Source: Calditrichia bacterium
GTDB taxonomy: Bacteria; Calditrichota; Calditrichia; RBG-13-44-9; J075
DNA length: 64,000 bases
Reading direction: 5' to 3'
Assembly (NCBI GenBank): GCA_965227145.1
Contig: OZ245730.1
Coordinates: forward strand, 3,086,187-3,150,186
Below are positions 60,162-64,000 of the stretch, piece by piece. Every line of letters starts with the position of its first letter. Position 1 is the first letter of the stretch. A program made the translations under genes and the position numbers. Below the pieces are notes generated by a model. That model had not been told where the DNA came from and made no database searches. It saw only the letters and a program-made list of their open reading frames with translations.

Positions 60162-60332
60162 GAGACAATTCGCTCGTAGTAGAGACAATTCATGAATTGT
60201 CTCTACGGGTGAATTCATGAATTGTCTCTACGGGTGAATTCATGAATTGTCTCTACGGGTGAATTCATGAATTGTCGCTACGGGTGATTTGTCTCTCGGG
60301 TGAATTGTTTATATCATTAAAAATTTTATCAA
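60162..60332. repeat. Tandem array of 25-bp units GGGTGAATTCATGAATTGTCTCTAC (4 full copies plus flanking partials), each with the 12-bp palindrome AATTCATGAATT; first copy forms a 28-bp perfect palindrome
   Basis: 28-bp palindrome GTAGAGACAATTCATGAATTGTCTCTAC at 60179..60206; array fills essentially the whole gap between the HtrA-like stop and the EVE start. Confidence 0.9.
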
Positions 60333-60334
60333 TT

Positions 60335-61960
60335 TCAGGGCACTTCGATAAATACCATCCGGGTGCCGGTACCACCGCGAATTTTCAGCTGGAATTTCAC
60401 AAAATCACCGCTGGATGATTCTCTGGTAATTGTGTTGAATTCTTCCAGAGACTTTACCGGCATGTCGTCGATTTGCAAAATAACATCCAACCGGTAAAAC
60501 CCGGCACGATCAGCCGGACTGTTCGGCACCAGTTTTTCAACAATCAGCCCTTCGGTAATATCATAGCGGGCTTGCTCTTCTTTGGTCAATTCCCGAACGG
60601 TTAAACCGAAATTTTCGAATTCTTTTTCTTCGGGTTCTTTTGTTTCGACCGGAGTTTCTGTTTGCAACTGCTCACTCGCAGGCGCTTCGCCGAGTTCCAC
60701 ATCCACTTCCCATTTTTTACCATCGCGCCATATTACGACAGCTACAACATCGCCGGGACGATTTTGGGCAATTTTAATTTGCAAATCATTTACAGAAACA
60801 ACCTCGCTGCCGTTCACGGCCAACACAATATCGCCCTGCTGCAATCCGGCTTTTTGGGCGGGTGAATTTCCGGTTACGCCCTGAATCAACGCACCGATCG
60901 GCTTTGGCAATCCCACCGCTTTGGCAACGCGATCGCTCACCTGATCGATACTGACACCGAGAATTGCCCGGCGAACGTAGCCATCGTTGATCAGATCCTC
61001 GCTGACTTTTTGGGCAAGGTTGATGGGAATTGAAAATCCGTAGCCCTGATAATATCCGCTGCGCGTAGCGATTGCCGTGTTGATGCCGACAACTTCACCG
61101 GCGAGATTAACCAGCGCACCGCCGCTGTTCCCGGGATTGATCACCGCATCGGTTTGGATGAAATTTTCGATTTTATAGCGATAGCGGCTGCCATCAATAA
61201 TATTAATGTTACGACCCAGCGCGCTGACGATGCCGGCAGTAACCGTGGATGTAAAATTTAGCGGGTTGCCAACAGCCATCACCCATTCGCCGATTTGCAC
61301 ACTGTCCGAATCGCCGATGTATGCCGCCGGCAGGTTTTCCGCCTCAATGCGAATAACCGCGATATCCGTTGTGGGATCGGTACCAACCAGCTTGGCATCA
61401 AATTCGCGTTTATCGTACAGCTTTACCCGCAACTCTTTGGCATCTTCGATCACGTGATTGTTTGTTAAAATATAGCCGTTGGCAGTAATGACAATACCGG
61501 AACCGGAACCGGGCGGGAGAATTTGCTCTTCATCGTTCTCACCGTCGCGTTTTAAAAAGGGATGCAACAGATCGAAAGTGGAGCTGGTTTTGCGAATATT
61601 TTCGATGGAAACTACTGCCGGCAAAATTTTTTGGGCAGCACCCACAAAAATAGAATTGGGGTTTCCGTTAAACGGGATTGCACCGCTGATCACCGGACGT
61701 TCCGTCTGTTCCTGCGGTTCGGTTTTCCGCCATGCAATTGAATCGCGAATATTTTGCCGTGCACCGGGCTGAACCGAAACGCGCGGCTCTACCGCCGACG
61801 GTTGTTTTGCCTCGGGCTCCGGCGTTAAAGGATGGATGCTGCTTTGTTTGGGCAACGGATTGTATCCCGAAGCGCCCGGCACTCTCGAAACCATCCAAAC
61901 GACAATTCCGATTATCAGAACGCCGGTAATCAACACGGCTAATTTTTTTAATTCGTCCAT
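60335..61960 (-). CDS. HtrA/DegP-family serine endopeptidase with PDZ domains
   Basis: 541 aa; N-terminal TM, trypsin-like active-site region GNSGGALVNLAGEVVGINTA, C-terminal PDZ-like segments. Confidence 0.9.
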   Translation of the reverse strand: MDELKKLAVLITGVLIIGIVVWMVSRVPGASGYNPLPKQSSIHPLTPEPEAKQPSAVEPRVSVQPGARQNIRDSIAWRKTEPQEQTERPVISGAIPFNGNPNSIFVGAAQKILPAVVSIENIRKTSSTFDLLHPFLKRDGENDEEQILPPGSGSGIVITANGYILTNNHVIEDAKELRVKLYDKREFDAKLVGTDPTTDIAVIRIEAENLPAAYIGDSDSVQIGEWVMAVGNPLNFTSTVTAGIVSALGRNINIIDGSRYRYKIENFIQTDAVINPGNSGGALVNLAGEVVGINTAIATRSGYYQGYGFSIPINLAQKVSEDLINDGYVRRAILGVSIDQVSDRVAKAVGLPKPIGALIQGVTGNSPAQKAGLQQGDIVLAVNGSEVVSVNDLQIKIAQNRPGDVVAVVIWRDGKKWEVDVELGEAPASEQLQTETPVETKEPEEKEFENFGLTVRELTKEEQARYDITEGLIVEKLVPNSPADRAGFYRLDVILQIDDMPVKSLEEFNTITRESSSGDFVKFQLKIRGGTGTRMVFIEVP

Positions 61961-62159
61961 TTTTTAACATCCCGGGTTTGGGTCTTGTCACTGTGCTTAA
62001 GCTTCAAACATAATTGAAAAGCGAAGCGCAAGCAAAGAAAATTTATTTGGTGATACGTAATTTACCGGCAATTTGTTCACTGCGGATATTCAGCGCTGGC
62101 AATCAGTTATCGGGTGACGACGGTATCGTAAAAAACGGCTTTAACTTGCGCCATGCGGT

Positions 62160-62945
62160 TTGTATCTTCCGGGCATGATTTTTGGAAAAATGAATCGAGA
62201 CATCTGTCAGAAAACATTGTTTTGCGGCATCGGGTTGCTCCTGATTATCTGTTTTGGCGGTGAAACCGCCGTTGCGCAGGAGGAATCCTTTCATCCGTTG
62301 GGCGACACAAAACCGGTGACCAGCGAATTTGGCTGGCGGAAAAACCCGTTCAGTGGACGCGGCAGCGAGTTCCATCGCGGGATTGATATCGACTGTTTTG
62401 AGGGGGATTCGGTATTTGCCTGGCGCGGCGGCGCGGTGATTTTCACCGGTTACAACAAGCTATCCGGCAATATGATCAACATCGCTCACGCGGATAATTT
62501 TCTTTCAAAATACCACCATTTAAAAAAGATTTTGGTAAAAAAAGGACAGTTGGTGAGTCCGGGCGAACTGATCGGTATCGCCGGGAAAAGCGGGCGGGCA
62601 ACCGGTTCACATCTCCATTTTTCGATTCTGCAAAACAACCAGCATCTCGATCCGCTGCCGTACATAAAAAAGGCGCGACGCGTTTCCGCGCCGCAGCCTG
62701 TCCAGCCGATAAAGGTGCCCATAAACAAACGTCTGGCCATTCGCAGCTTCCCAATGGATGGGGATGTTTATATCGATGGTGAGCATCGCGGTCGCACACC
62801 CATCGACGTGCAGTTAACGTATGGCGAGCATTTTGTGGAGGTTGATACAGGCGGGAAATATGTGCGATTTATTGGGCGTCTGTGGATTGACCAGAACTCC
62901 GGGCACCTGTATGTTGCGGATCTTACGCAAACTCCTAACCAATGA
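62160..62945 (+). CDS. M23-family metallopeptidase with C-terminal PEGA-like domain
   Basis: 261 aa; HRGIDID and GSHLHFSI (HxxxD / HxH zinc motifs); true start may be a downstream Met. Confidence 0.8.
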   Translation: MYLPGMIFGKMNRDICQKTLFCGIGLLLIICFGGETAVAQEESFHPLGDTKPVTSEFGWRKNPFSGRGSEFHRGIDIDCFEGDSVFAWRGGAVIFTGYNKLSGNMINIAHADNFLSKYHHLKKILVKKGQLVSPGELIGIAGKSGRATGSHLHFSILQNNQHLDPLPYIKKARRVSAPQPVQPIKVPINKRLAIRSFPMDGDVYIDGEHRGRTPIDVQLTYGEHFVEVDTGGKYVRFIGRLWIDQNSGHLYVADLTQTPNQ

Positions 62946-63011
62946 CAATGACCCTTTGAAAACAAATGTAACGATACGGCTGATTTTTTAACTGTTTGTT
63001 TTTATTGGATA

Positions 63012-63653
63012 TCAGGTGTTTTTTCTTCCCTGCAGAACCAACTCTTCCAATTCTTCAATCCGGAAACGGGCGTATTCAACATGCTCTTTTTGACGCGGAT
63101 TGGCGCGTTCGATAAAGCGGGCATACGCATCGATGGCGTCTTCAAACATTTCCAGTTTTTCGCAGGTGAGCGCTTTGTTGTAATACGACGCCGGTTCGTT
63201 TGGCGATAATTCGATGGCTTGATTGCGATCCGAGAGCGCCTGCCGGAATTTTCCCATATCAAAAAATGCAATGCCGCGCTCGTTATACGCAGGCGCATAG
63301 TTCGGATCTATCGATATTGCCAAATTCAGCTCACGAATTTTTTTCTCGTTATCAAAATGATTCCCGAAATCGATCGCACGGAACAACGCCATTGCAGCTT
63401 GCGGTTTCAATTTTCCCGCTTCGGCATCTTTCGCGATAGCCATGCTGCCGTCCGCCGGCGAATAACCGGGCATTTCAGAAAGGGCAGTTTTGAATGAATG
63501 GATGGCAGCTGTAAAATCCCCACCTTTAGCCAGTTCGATGCCCTGTATATATTGTTGCTCATGAATTGCCAGCGCCGGTTTATCCGAATTGCTGCAGCCC
63601 CAGAGCAAAATTCCGGTCAGTAGAATTCCAAAAAACTGTGTGATTTGCTTCAT
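63012..63653 (-). CDS. TPR-repeat lipoprotein
   Basis: Start chosen at internal Met giving MKQITQFFGILLTGILLWGCSNSD (lipobox LWGC); TPR-like helices follow; track ORF starts 26 codons upstream. Confidence 0.7.
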   Translation of the reverse strand: MKQITQFFGILLTGILLWGCSNSDKPALAIHEQQYIQGIELAKGGDFTAAIHSFKTALSEMPGYSPADGSMAIAKDAEAGKLKPQAAMALFRAIDFGNHFDNEKKIRELNLAISIDPNYAPAYNERGIAFFDMGKFRQALSDRNQAIELSPNEPASYYNKALTCEKLEMFEDAIDAYARFIERANPRQKEHVEYARFRIEELEELVLQGRKNT

Positions 63654-64000
63654 TGTCACTCCGATCCAATAGGTTGTTTTAACTGCGGTTACGCAAAATT
63701 GTGACGAAGCAGTGGAAGTGGGGAAAACCAAAAAAGGCGTATGACTGGTGCGGCGGATTCCCGTGTTTCAACTTCCGTGTTTTTCGCCAGAGAATGCGGT
63801 GATTTATGACGACCCTGTTCACATCGTTAATAAAAGCAATTTCAAAACTTACCCTGTGTAAATTGTCACAGGTTGGTAACACCGGTTTTTTAACGGTTTA
63901 CAGATCAGATGCAGCACAAGTTGAACAATGCTGGTTTCCTGCAATATTTTGATGTTTAGTATGATCGTACGAGGGGTTTGCCGCGAAGGCGCTAAGGGCG

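Overview
64-kb window of a bacterial chromosome. Gene content and one conserved neighbourhood (SpoIIM-like / DUF4129-like / DUF4350-like / MoxR / DUF58 / RDD) suggest an FCB-group, Bacteroidota-like organism, but that is inference only. All calls are from reading the sequence and ORF track; no searches were run. Left ~15 kb: feoA-feoB end, a cytoplasmic PAS histidine kinase, the seven-gene MoxR-centred cluster, a NamZ-like gene, a HAD hydrolase, a threonine-synthase-like gene and a TPR gene. From ~15.4 to 56.2 kb lies one large minus-strand surface-polysaccharide (O-antigen/capsule-type) locus: Wzi-like, initiating sugar transferase, fcl, gmd (frameshifted), about ten glycosyltransferases, Wzx, Wzy-like, wecB, an ACP-dependent N-acylation module, formyltransferase, deacetylase, aminotransferases and a WbpB/WbpD-like fusion. 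Its centre (~27.3-49.5 kb) is strikingly AT-rich. The locus is broken up by repeat-dense, gene-poor islands (18.6-20.1, 21.0-24.4, 49.5-52.4, 53.5-54.6 kb). These carry a RelE/ParE-like toxin-antitoxin pair, two four-helix-bundle genes (one split by a GIY-YIG nuclease ORF bounded by 17-bp direct repeats), a dispersed palindromic repeat family (core CCCCCTTCGAAGGGGG) and several VNTR-like tracts. The GIY-YIG insertion and the palindromic-repeat island are the best candidates for something undescribed. Right end: PHP phosphoesterase, M28 peptidase, EVE-domain protein, HtrA protease, M23 peptidase, TPR lipoprotein. No rRNA, tRNA or CRISPR array was recognised.
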